A stretch of 16,284 nt of DNA from Candidatus Thorarchaeota archaeon (GCA_048882385.1 JBHLRQ010000020.1:1-16284), one strand, 5' to 3'. Shown: positions 1 to 8,019, counted from the first letter of the stretch. Numbers and translations are program-made. The notes: a model not told the origin generated them from the sequence alone.

Positions 1-363
1 TGCTAGATTAGACACATCCTTGACCACTAGAGAGTCAACTATTTCTTCAACAAAGATGTCCTCAGGTGTTACTTCTTTCTTGGGAGGTTTCTCATCTATG
101 ACTGGAAAGTACCTCTTTCGGATATTCTCGTCAAGTGTGTCTTTTTGAAAGCTTGGATTCTTATCACGCTTTAATTGATGCGCTCTCTTTGTCCTTTCTA
201 TTGTCCTCTGCTTTTCCTTCCTCAGCATCATCTTAATGTATTCATTATCATCCATCTCATTTACAGACTTTCCAATAGGTTCAGTTTCAGGACTGAGGAA
301 GTCATCAAGTAGTTGTAACACTGAAAAATCGTTAATGGTCTTCTGTTTCTTTCCATTCCTCAT
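1..363 (-). CDS. Hypothetical protein, partial (runs off the window edge); highly charged N-terminus
   Basis: Not in the ORF track. ATG at 363 (minus) reads open for 121 codons to base 1: MRNGKKQKTINDFSVLQLLDDFLSPETEPIG...PEDIFVEEIVDSLVVKDVSNLA. No family recognised. Confidence 0.65.
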   Translation of the reverse strand, partial: MRNGKKQKTINDFSVLQLLDDFLSPETEPIGKSVNEMDDNEYIKMMLRKEKQRTIERTKRAHQLKRDKNPSFQKDTLDENIRKRYFPVIDEKPPKKEVTPEDIFVEEIVDSLVVKDVSNLA

Positions 364-463
364 AGTCTAGTACAATCCGTCACGAACTTCCGGGAGTTAC
401 AAAATAAAATACCTTTGAAACAGGAAACAAAAACTCTTACGCGTCAACCGATGTTTCCAGGTG

Positions 464-507
464 AGAAAATGGTAGGCCCGGTGGTAGTAAACAAAGCAGT
501 CACTTTT
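464..507 (-). repeat. Degenerate inverted copy of the tRNA-Ile intron, 3' end and trailer
   Basis: Minus strand reads AAAAGTGACTGC-TTTG-TTTACT-ACCA-CCGGGCCTACCATT-TTCT, colinear with tRNA blocks GTGACTGC (644-651), TTTACT (655-660), CCGGGCCCACCATT (671-684) and TTCT (687-690). Confidence 0.55.
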
Positions 508-531
508 TCCCAGATTCTAAATAGCATCCAA

Positions 532-548
532 GCAAAAACGTTTTTATC
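532..548 (+). promoter_or_regulatory. BRE/TATA promoter of the tRNA gene; contains the perfect palindrome AAAAACGTTTTT (534-545)
   Basis: A-rich BRE-like CAAAAACG followed by TTTTTATC, about 30 nt upstream of tRNA G1 (576), which is typical archaeal spacing. Confidence 0.6.
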
Positions 549-575
549 CACACCACTTAGCAACTGAATACACAT

Positions 576-682
576 GGGCCCGTGGCATAGCCTGGTTATT
601 GCGCCGCTCTGATAAGGCGGATGTCGCGAGTTCAAAAGTTGAGGTGACTGCACCTTTACTGAAAGTCTCGCCGGGCCCACCA
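576..682 (+). tRNA. tRNA-Ile(GAT) with a non-canonical 29-nt intron at position 59/60 (637-665); CCA encoded
   Basis: Acceptor stem GGGCCCG (576-582)/CGGGCCC (672-678), A73, CCA (680-682). D-loop AGCCTGGTTA. Anticodon stem CCGCT/GGCGG with loop CT-GAT-AA (GAT 611-613). T stem GCGAG/CTCGC. Removing 637-665 restores T-loop TTCAAAT. Confidence 0.96.
637..665 (+). other. tRNA intron flanked by a strict bulge-helix-bulge motif
   Basis: Central 4-bp helix TTCA (631-634)/TGAA (660-663); 3-nt bulges AAA (635-637) and AGT (664-666); inner hairpin GT-T-GAGGTG-ACTG-CACCTT-T-AC. Cutting after the 2nd nucleotide of each bulge gives exactly this intron. Confidence 0.93.
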
Positions 683-739
683 TTGCTTCTTGAAACCCAA
701 GTGTAAGTGTTTATTACTCTCCAAGTTTGGGCCACAAGC

Positions 740-1288
740 ATGAAGGTCCTGATTACTTACTTCACCCAAACTGGAAATACCCAAATGATTGCTGAAGTCA
801 TACATGAGGTGTTTTCCGCGAGCTCTGAAACAGATCTTGCGACAGTTCGCAAAGTAAATCTCGAATCCCTTGGTGAGTATGATTTACTGATTGTGGGGGC
901 TCCCTGTCATGATAGCGATCTTGCTCTTCCGGTCAAGGGATTTCTTGAACGACTCCCAGACTCACCAAAATTCAAACTAGCTGGATTCTTCACTCATGCT
1001 ACCTATACTCCTGACAAAGACGTTAGAGGAAGAGAGCTCTACAATCAATGGGCTGGAAGGTGTCATCCAACATTCGAGAAAACAAGTGAAAGTAAGAATA
1101 TAGAGTTCCTAGGTTGTTTTAATTGTCAAGGAAAAGCCAGTCCACCAATTGAGGCCTTCATTAGACAACAAATAGTCACTGATGATGAAGAATGGGAAAA
1201 ATATGCACCAGAACTTCGTAAACATCCAGACTCAACAGATCTTGAGAATGCAAAGAAATTTGCCCAAGACATACGAGGCAAACTTTGA
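740..1288 (+). CDS. Flavodoxin-like FMN-binding protein
   Basis: MKVLITYFTQTGNTQMIAEVI phosphate-binding loop, YDLLIVGAP, and C-terminal HPDSTDLENAKKFA. ATG 740 preferred over GTG 707. Confidence 0.88.
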   Translation: MKVLITYFTQTGNTQMIAEVIHEVFSASSETDLATVRKVNLESLGEYDLLIVGAPCHDSDLALPVKGFLERLPDSPKFKLAGFFTHATYTPDKDVRGRELYNQWAGRCHPTFEKTSESKNIEFLGCFNCQGKASPPIEAFIRQQIVTDDEEWEKYAPELRKHPDSTDLENAKKFAQDIRGKL

Positions 1289-1398
1289 TAATAACTCTGG
1301 AGTGCAAGGTTCACCAATCCCTCCTTATTCTCTTCAGCTTACGAAAAAACTCATCAATGTACTTGAGAAATTACTACAAGGAGAACATAGAGTTGGGC

Positions 1399-1821
1399 GT
1401 GACTGTTTTCAAATTTGAGTTTCCTGGTAGTCCCAAGCAGTTCATTGAAAGAGTCAGAGAATGGATGACATTGACAAAAGAAGGAAGCCGTTACCAGATT
1501 AAAGATCTTGAAGAAGACACCTTTCTGAAAATTCAGAGAGGTAAGGGAATCGTGACTGCTCCGATAGTCTTTGAGTTCAAGGTGGGAGCTATTTTGGGTC
1601 TTAGTACAGAGATAATAGCGGTGGGTTATATCAAAGTATTTAGCATACCGAGGTTGAAACAAGACCTCAGACCTGATGCGAACCTAGGTCTTCTCCCACG
1701 AAGGAATGGCTGGAAAGATATGCTGAGGTTAATAGAATATTCCGGCATTGCCTTCTATGATTATGGATTCTATCCAAGTCTTGAATTCGCCCAAAGGTTG
1801 GAAACTCATAGAGGATTCTGA
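1399..1821 (+). CDS. Hypothetical protein
   Basis: Long ORF (track 1285-1821). The globular-looking part begins at VTVFKFEF (GTG 1399); the start is uncertain. Confidence 0.65.
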   Translation: MTVFKFEFPGSPKQFIERVREWMTLTKEGSRYQIKDLEEDTFLKIQRGKGIVTAPIVFEFKVGAILGLSTEIIAVGYIKVFSIPRLKQDLRPDANLGLLPRRNGWKDMLRLIEYSGIAFYDYGFYPSLEFAQRLETHRGF

Positions 1822-1934
1822 TTTTAGGTTTTCAACTCATAGTTATGCTAGAAAGGGCGTATTGTATCACTATATCCATAGCTGATTCTAGGACCTTAAA
1901 TCAGAACAAAACAACTCAGACATGGGTCTTGCGA

Positions 1935-2186
1935 ATGAGTCTTGTGCTTCTCCAATCACCACTCACTAACTTTGCCCAATTGATTGGGGCATATCTTGCA
2001 GAGATATGGGACTTTCTGATATTCATCGGCCAGATCTCTGGAGTCATTGTCGTGCTTGTAGGTGCAATACTATGGTTCACTGATGTGAATACAAATAGAG
2101 GGAAAGGACTTGTTGCCAGTGGAATTTTACTCTCAATCGTCATCGAGTACTTTGTCTTGTTTCCTCCAGGATTCGTACTCACATAA
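1935..2186 (+). CDS. Small two-TM membrane protein, TrbC/VirB2 pilin-like pattern
   Basis: 83 aa from ATG 1935: amphipathic helix, TM1 (IGQISGVIVVLVGAILWF), basic loop NRGK, TM2 (LVASGILLSIVIEYF). Confidence 0.65.
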   Translation: MSLVLLQSPLTNFAQLIGAYLAEIWDFLIFIGQISGVIVVLVGAILWFTDVNTNRGKGLVASGILLSIVIEYFVLFPPGFVLT

Positions 2187-2187
2187 T

Positions 2188-2379
2188 CTACCTGTCATTT
2201 AGGATAGTTCGAATCTCCTTTCTCAAGATATCAATTCTATCTGGTGCATTGCAGATTCCAAATTGGTCGTGATAATCCCGATATTCATCAGTGTCAAGAA
2301 TTTGAAGAACTGATTCGATTGCCTGAAGCTGTTCCTTTGTAAAGTGTCGTACAAGAGAGCTCAGTGAAGTGTCTGCCAT
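2188..2379 (-). CDS. Small helical hypothetical protein (63 aa)
   Basis: ATG start, amphipathic helical composition, fills an otherwise empty gap; its stop abuts the convergent gene's stop (1-bp gap). Confidence 0.65.
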   Translation of the reverse strand: MADTSLSSLVRHFTKEQLQAIESVLQILDTDEYRDYHDQFGICNAPDRIDILRKEIRTILNDR

Positions 2380-2459
2380 AACACTCAGTCTGATGATTTG
2401 GATTTAACTTCACCAATGTTCTAGGTGCTTATTAGACAAAGTCAGAACTCACATATGTT

Positions 2460-2525
2460 GGGCGCCACGGTCCCCACACGGTATGCGTGTCTGTCGTTCC
2501 CCGCTTTCCCGGCGGTGTGGCGCCT
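2460..2525. ncRNA. Candidate structured non-coding RNA (three-way junction), family unknown
   Basis: 47/66 G+C in an AT-richer intergenic region. Closing stem GGCGCCAC (2461-2468)/GTGGCGCC (2517-2524); hairpins ACACG-GTATG-CGTGT (2476-2490) and CCGC-TTTCCCG-GCGG (2501-2515). Confidence 0.6.
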
Positions 2526-2597
2526 CACTCTTTCTAGTTCGCGCAGATAATCACGCTTTAATGCATGAACAATTCAGATTCACTCCGAGGCGATCTT

Positions 2598-3419
2598 TTG
2601 ACATACAACGAGATTCCTATTGTGAAGAGCATAGAAGAAATTGATGTACAAATGGCTCGTGAACGTCTTGAAGGACTCATTGAAGAACCTCATGTTCTTG
2701 GTGTAATGATATGGGGTAGTAGAGCCACAGGATTTGGTGCGTCAACCACTGACTGGGATGCATTGATCTACGTTACAGAAGAGTACTATGATAGTCTTGA
2801 AATAAAGGATACAATCTGGCTCGAGTTTGATGAATCTGTAGAACCACGGAAGCTAGTGATAGACTTCTCACCAATTGCTGACTCTTGGTTCAGGCAACAG
2901 ATTGATTCACCTCTAGACATTGATCATTCTCCATATGCTGAGGGAGTTGTGATTTATGATCCCTCAGGCAAGTTAGAAGAGTGGAGGAAAAAACTGGCCA
3001 GATATCCCGAAGAGGAGCATTTGGAACGTCTGAAGAACAAGTTTGCCTTGGCTGCTGGCTCCTTTGGAGCTGGACGAATTGACAACGACAGAGGCTTCAC
3101 ACATGATTCTAAGCTAAATTTGTATCGCTCAATTGTTGCATCTGTCAACCTATGGTTTACAATCAAGAAATCTTGGACTCCACCACTAAAATGGTGGACT
3201 CCACATGCAAAGAAAATGGGAATGACCGAAGAAACCTACAAACTCTTCTGTGAAGCACTAGAAAATCCCACAGTTGAAACTGTTGGAGCAGTTGTTATGC
3301 GCCTCAAAGAGATGATCATTGAGGATGGATATGAGTTCCCAAATGACTTCATTACCGCATTTCTCGAAACCATTCATATTGACGGTCGGCCTGGACAGAT
3401 CCGTCATAGCTATATGTGA
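2598..3419 (+). CDS. Pol-beta superfamily nucleotidyltransferase with a helical C-terminal domain (KNTase/DUF4037-like architecture)
   Basis: hG[GS]...DxD motif: VMIWGSRATGFGASTTDWDALIYV; third Asp in LVIDF; VIYDPSG linker then a helical region. TTG 2598 follows SD-like GAGGCGA (track start is 2565). Confidence 0.8.
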   Translation: MTYNEIPIVKSIEEIDVQMARERLEGLIEEPHVLGVMIWGSRATGFGASTTDWDALIYVTEEYYDSLEIKDTIWLEFDESVEPRKLVIDFSPIADSWFRQQIDSPLDIDHSPYAEGVVIYDPSGKLEEWRKKLARYPEEEHLERLKNKFALAAGSFGAGRIDNDRGFTHDSKLNLYRSIVASVNLWFTIKKSWTPPLKWWTPHAKKMGMTEETYKLFCEALENPTVETVGAVVMRLKEMIIEDGYEFPNDFITAFLETIHIDGRPGQIRHSYM

Positions 3420-3420
3420 T

Positions 3421-4629
3421 TTAGTGCTTGATTACAGTCTTACCCTTTAGAATCACTCTCTCAATCGATAGAGGATCCTTTAGAAGAGAAATATTGTCAA
3501 GTGGATTTTTTCCGGAAGCTAGTATCAGTAGATCTGCAGATTTCCCAGGCTCGATAGTCCCAATCTCGGATTCGATTTTGAGTGATTTTGCTGCATTGCT
3601 TGTTCCTGCAATAATAGCATCACTCTCAGACATCCCACCAACTTTTACCAAAAGCTCCATTTCTTGCATTGATGAAGGTCCGAAAGGTGTGTAGGGCATT
3701 CCTGAGTCAGAACCCACAACCATTTCAACACCTGTCTTGACTGCGTTCTTTACTCCTTGTTCGATAAGTGGATAGATTTCCTTCTCTTTTCGCACCATAT
3801 AATCAGGCAAATCCCCGTCATCATGATGAAGCTGTGACTCATAATAGGTCACAATTGTTGGCATGTAAATAGTCCCATGCTTCTTCATTAGTTCAAGATT
3901 CTCTTTGTTTAATGGGTGCCCGTGAACTAGAACATCCACACCCGCGAGGATTGTATTCTTGATTCCGATGTCGCCATAAGCATGGGCATGTACCATCTTT
4001 CCGACCTTGTGAGTTTCTTCAACTGCCGCCTGTAATTCATCCAGATTGAATTGTGGGCTCATGCTCTCAGTCTTGGCAGCTGATATTGCTCCGGTGGATG
4101 CAAGTTTGATGAAGTGAATACCTCTAGCAATCTCCTGTCTAACTGCTCGCCTAACATCATCCGGGCCATTTGCTTCACTGTAGCCAGACATCGGATCCCT
4201 TCCACCGGAAATTGATATCATTCTGCCACACAAAAGTAGTCTTGGACCATTGATGATACCCTTCTCGATTGCTTCTCTCACAGCAAAGGAAAGGTTACCC
4301 CTAGAGGCTGCGTCCCCAGCAGTTGTGATCCCATTATTGAGAAGACGCTCGCAAACCACACCTCCTCTGATTGAGAGAAATTCATCTGAAAGTTTTCTCA
4401 CCTCATCAGGATCTGCTGCAATTCCATCATATCCTACATGAACATGTGGATCGATGATGCCTGGCATAACGACCCTATCAGAATAATCAAGGATTTCTGT
4501 TTCTGAATCCACTTCAATATTGGAATCCACATCAGAAATGGTCTGGTCCTTGAATAGAATAGATATGTCATTCAAGACCTTTCCATTACCTACAATCAAT
4601 GTGCCTGTTTTCAGAAGGATATTAGCCAT
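3421..4629 (-). CDS. Metal-dependent amidohydrolase (Xaa-Pro dipeptidase-like subgroup)
   Basis: MPGIIDPHVH (HxH), IKLASTG (carbamylated Lys position), HAHAYG, VHGH, GSDSG, GTIEPGKSADL. Confidence 0.9.
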   Translation of the reverse strand: MANILLKTGTLIVGNGKVLNDISILFKDQTISDVDSNIEVDSETEILDYSDRVVMPGIIDPHVHVGYDGIAADPDEVRKLSDEFLSIRGGVVCERLLNNGITTAGDAASRGNLSFAVREAIEKGIINGPRLLLCGRMISISGGRDPMSGYSEANGPDDVRRAVRQEIARGIHFIKLASTGAISAAKTESMSPQFNLDELQAAVEETHKVGKMVHAHAYGDIGIKNTILAGVDVLVHGHPLNKENLELMKKHGTIYMPTIVTYYESQLHHDDGDLPDYMVRKEKEIYPLIEQGVKNAVKTGVEMVVGSDSGMPYTPFGPSSMQEMELLVKVGGMSESDAIIAGTSNAAKSLKIESEIGTIEPGKSADLLILASGKNPLDNISLLKDPLSIERVILKGKTVIKH

Positions 4630-4660
4630 ACTTCAACACACTCAACACTACAGTCAGTCG

Positions 4661-4685
4661 AACCCACCTTTGAGTTTAGTGGGTT
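4661..4685. other. Intergenic hairpin between the CoA-transferase-GNAT and amidohydrolase genes
   Basis: AACCCAC (4661-4667)/GTGGGTT (4679-4685), 11-nt loop, about 10 nt past the stop of the upstream minus-strand gene. Confidence 0.4.
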
Positions 4686-4694
4686 ATTTGCCTA

Positions 4695-6581
4695 TTACAA
4701 TTTGAGTCTGAACAAGTATTCTTCGTCTTGTATCGAGAGTTTACTCTCGACCACCTTTCCAGTCTTGTGGATGAACCGAATCATTGGCTGATTCTGAGGA
4801 TGTACAAAGGCTATGAATGCATCAACACCCTTGCTCTTTGCAATTCTCATGAGGTGGTTGAATAGAAACGTTCCTATTCCCAGACCCTGATACTCATCTT
4901 GGACGAGGAGTGCGAATTCAGCCTCGTTTGTGCTTCTGTTCAACAGATACCTTCCAGCACCGATTATTCGCTCAGTTTCACCTTCCACGTCTGACTTTAT
5001 GACAGCGACAACACTGATGTCACTGGACTGGTCCACGTTGTAGAAATCTTGGAGTGTCTGTCTACGTAGTGACTTAAGGGGCGTCAGGAATCTGAAGTAA
5101 ATACTCTCTTCACTGAGATCGTAGAAAAGCTCCTTAATTCTGTCAGAGTCGTCAGGTCTAATCAATCTGAATTGGACATCGATTGGTCCTTCCGAAGTCT
5201 TGAAGGTTTCTTGCACTTCATACTCTGAGGCAAAATAGGTGCCCTGCACAAGAAATGGGACCTGGTCTTCAAACACATAATGCATTTTCTTCGCAGCTTC
5301 TAGCAACTCATTCCGAAACTTTGGATGAGCCACAGCAATCAAGGAGAGTACTCTTTCTCTAATGGTCTTCCCATGAAGTGTTGCAAGACCGTACTCTGTG
5401 ATAACTACATCCACATCTCCGCGTGTTGTCACTACGCCGGCACCTTCACTTAAGCGCGGAACTATTCTTGAAACCGTGCCATTCATTGCTGTTGAGAGCA
5501 TACAGATGATTGCCTTTCCACCCCGTGACCGCTTGGCACCACGGATAAAATCGACTTGGCCTCCGATACCGCTGTAAAATCTATGCCCAATCGAATCTGC
5601 ACACACCTGTCCTGTAAGATCAACCTCTAAAGCTGAGTTGATAGCTATCATCTTGTTGTTTTGTCCGATAACATAAGGGTCATTGACATAGGCAGTATCA
5701 TAAAAATGGAACATTGGGTTGTCATTGATGTAATCATAAAGCTTCTCAGAACCCATTGCGAAGCTGGCTATCACCTTTCCACGATGAAGTGTCTTCTTTT
5801 TGTTAGTCACAACTCCTTTCTCAATCAATGGGATGAGACTGTCACTGAACATCTCTGTATGGATTCCCAGGTCCCGTACACCTGAGTCCAGTAGGTTATT
5901 ACAGACTGACTGTGGCAAAGCTCCAATTCCAAGCTCAAGCGTCGAATCATTCTCTACCAATCTTGCCACATAACTTCCAATCTGATCTATTGTTTCATTA
6001 ATTTCATCAGCTTGAAACTCTCTCAAAGGCTCATTATGTGGAACAAGGTAGTCTATCTCACGAACGTCGATAAAGGAGTCACCATGGGTAATTGGCATCC
6101 TGTCATTGACTTGTGCAATGACTAAATCCGCACTTTCAGCAGCTGATTTCGTGATATCGACTGAAATACCCAGTGAACTGTACCCATTGCGGTCTGGAGG
6201 ACTAATCTGTATGAGCGCAACATCAAGGGGCATTCTTCTTAGTCTGAATAGCTCGGGGATGTCTGACAGCATTATCGGTGTATAATCTGCACGACCCTCA
6301 GATACCGCCTCACGGATGTTTGAACTAACAAAGAATGTGTTATGCCGAAACTGATTTTGAAATTTCTGATCTGCAGACGGAGTGTCACCCAACGTGAGAA
6401 GGTGCACTATTTCATTGTCAGCCATATGGTCTGCATGTTTTGCAAGTTCCTGCACTAGATGGTACGGAACTCCACAACCAGTTCCCAGAAAGATTCTAGC
6501 TCCCCTTTTAATCATCTTAATGGCTTTTGAAGAGTTTACAACTTTGCTTTTGTACTTCTGAACCCAATCCGTCTGGCTCAT
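4695..6581 (-). CDS. Acetyl-CoA hydrolase/family-I CoA-transferase (4-hydroxybutyrate CoA-transferase-like) fused to a C-terminal Pat-like GNAT acetyltransferase
   Basis: LELGIGALP, LGIHTEM (catalytic Glu position, E243), NSALEVDLTGQ, SGIGGQVDF, TEYG, AHPKFR; then FRLIRPDD...LSEESIYFRF...AEFALLVQDEYQGLGIGT (GNAT motif A). SD GGGGTGA upstream. Confidence 0.92.
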   Translation of the reverse strand: MSQTDWVQKYKSKVVNSSKAIKMIKRGARIFLGTGCGVPYHLVQELAKHADHMADNEIVHLLTLGDTPSADQKFQNQFRHNTFFVSSNIREAVSEGRADYTPIMLSDIPELFRLRRMPLDVALIQISPPDRNGYSSLGISVDITKSAAESADLVIAQVNDRMPITHGDSFIDVREIDYLVPHNEPLREFQADEINETIDQIGSYVARLVENDSTLELGIGALPQSVCNNLLDSGVRDLGIHTEMFSDSLIPLIEKGVVTNKKKTLHRGKVIASFAMGSEKLYDYINDNPMFHFYDTAYVNDPYVIGQNNKMIAINSALEVDLTGQVCADSIGHRFYSGIGGQVDFIRGAKRSRGGKAIICMLSTAMNGTVSRIVPRLSEGAGVVTTRGDVDVVITEYGLATLHGKTIRERVLSLIAVAHPKFRNELLEAAKKMHYVFEDQVPFLVQGTYFASEYEVQETFKTSEGPIDVQFRLIRPDDSDRIKELFYDLSEESIYFRFLTPLKSLRRQTLQDFYNVDQSSDISVVAVIKSDVEGETERIIGAGRYLLNRSTNEAEFALLVQDEYQGLGIGTFLFNHLMRIAKSKGVDAFIAFVHPQNQPMIRFIHKTGKVVESKLSIQDEEYLFRLKL

Positions 6582-6599
6582 TGCAGATCACCCCACAGC

Positions 6600-6627
6600 A
6601 ATGCAGCTTTCGAAAGTCAGCTGTATT
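6600..6627. promoter_or_regulatory. Inverted repeat in the divergent promoter region (candidate operator)
   Basis: AATGCAGCT/AGCTGTATT arms (one G-T mismatch) overlapping the palindrome CTTTCGAAAG (6607-6616) and a minus-strand TAAATA. Confidence 0.35.
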
Positions 6628-6734
6628 TAGGCATTTGTAATTGTCCCCCTATTTGTGTTTATGACGGAAGGCTTTTAGTGGGGTTCTTTCCGCCAGCGGC
6701 TCAATACCTGACAATATGACAGGTGAATTTCATA

Positions 6735-8009
6735 ATGTTGTCTGATGAGAAAATTGGTAATAGGAACCTTGTCATTCTCGGTGCGCTCATTGTGCAGTTG
6801 TGTCTGGGTTCAATATACGCTTGGTCCTTCTTTCAGACTGCCCTGAGAGGAGGTGCATACAGTTGGCCCTCACTTCTGACGCAACTCCCATTTGCAGCAG
6901 GACTGGCATCGTTCGCTCTGTTCATGATATTTGCTGGAAGATGGCAAGATCGCGTTGGTCCAAAAAAGGTCGCCACTGTGGGTGGTATCCTTCTAGGAGT
7001 AGGTTATATTCTCGCATTCTTCGTTGATGCTGTTGCAGGATCTGATGCTGTTCTAGGTACAGTCTATCTGATTATCACCTACGGCATAATTGGTGGTGCT
7101 GGTATCGGATTTGCCTATGTATGCCCAATTGCTGCTCTAGTGAAGTGGTTCCCTGACAAGAAAGGCGCAATCACTGGTATTGCGGTAGCTGGTTTTGGTG
7201 CTGGAGCTCTCGTGTTTGGCTATGTGGAACAGTTCTTACTTACCTTGTTTGATGTTCCAGTCGTGGCATCAATTGGTATGCCAATGCTGGTCCTAGGTAT
7301 TGTCTATCTTGTTCTCGTGGTTCTCGGTTCACAGCTTCTTACCAACCCTCCAGAGGGTTGGCTCCCAGAAGGCTACACACCACCACCAACAACAGCTGAT
7401 GGTGCTGGAACCGGAATGATGCCGGGTGAGATGATTAGGACTTCAGCATTCTGGTTATTGTGGCTCATGTTTGTGTTTGCAGCTACTGCAGGTCTTATGA
7501 CCTTGGGTAACGTGACATCTGCAGCAGGGGCCATCGATCTTCTGATGACAGCTGCAGATGCAGTTGTGATAGTTGGCGTAATGAGTTTGTTAAATGCCGC
7601 TGGACGTATTGTCTGGGGTGCAACCTCTGACAGGCTAGGTAGAGAGAATACAATGATTTTGATGTTCCTTGTTCTCGCTCTTGGAATGTTCACATTCGCT
7701 TGGATGTCAACAATCTCAATCAGCTGGATCGCAGTGATGGGTATTGCATCACTAATCGGTTTCTGCTTTGGTGGAAACTTTGCTCTGTTCCCATCTGCCA
7801 CAGCGGACTTCTTTGGAAGTAAGAATGTTGGCAAGAACTACGGTGTGATGTTCACCGCATATGGAATAGCAGGAATAACAGGTGCTTTTGTGGCTGGGCC
7901 AATTGTCGATGCTACTGGGTCTTACTTCATGGCATTTGTTGTGACTGGTATTCTAGCAATCATCGCAGTTCTTTTCACGTTTGTACTGAAATCCAAACGT
8001 AGTTCTTAA
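6735..8009 (+). CDS. MFS transporter, oxalate:formate antiporter (OFA)/monocarboxylate family
   Basis: About 12 TM segments; LCLGSIYAWS, GRWQDRVGPK, KWFPDKKGAITG, NAAGRIVWGATSDRLGRE, FGSKNVGKNYG. ATG 6735 follows SD AGGTGA. Confidence 0.9.
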   Translation: MLSDEKIGNRNLVILGALIVQLCLGSIYAWSFFQTALRGGAYSWPSLLTQLPFAAGLASFALFMIFAGRWQDRVGPKKVATVGGILLGVGYILAFFVDAVAGSDAVLGTVYLIITYGIIGGAGIGFAYVCPIAALVKWFPDKKGAITGIAVAGFGAGALVFGYVEQFLLTLFDVPVVASIGMPMLVLGIVYLVLVVLGSQLLTNPPEGWLPEGYTPPPTTADGAGTGMMPGEMIRTSAFWLLWLMFVFAATAGLMTLGNVTSAAGAIDLLMTAADAVVIVGVMSLLNAAGRIVWGATSDRLGRENTMILMFLVLALGMFTFAWMSTISISWIAVMGIASLIGFCFGGNFALFPSATADFFGSKNVGKNYGVMFTAYGIAGITGAFVAGPIVDATGSYFMAFVVTGILAIIAVLFTFVLKSKRSS

Positions 8010-8019
8010 ATGAATGAAA

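Noticed and set aside
470-510. Functional trans-spliced (split) tRNA 3' fragment
   Set aside because: Position 61 would be A rather than C, and the YGAA plus 3-nt bulge needed for a BHB is missing. Kept only as a degenerate copy.
444-741. Track ORFs 444-683 and 544-741 (minus)
   Set aside because: They are antisense to the tRNA gene and have no protein-like features.
2390-2450. CTGATGA as a hammerhead ribozyme core or C/D box
   Set aside because: No GAAA after the putative stem II and no downstream CTGA D box on the same strand.
2460-2525. HDV-like ribozyme, or CRISPR repeat (GTTCCCCGC-like words)
   Set aside because: No P2/P4/P1.1 partners can be placed; there is no repeat-spacer periodicity and no cas gene.
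2455-2550. 31-codon ORF (MLGATVPTRY...) across the GC-rich island
   Set aside because: No SD, composition unlike neighbouring genes, and better explained by RNA structure.
4633-4648. TCAACAC direct repeat upstream of the amidohydrolase gene
   Set aside because: Only two 7-bp copies, which is too weak to call.
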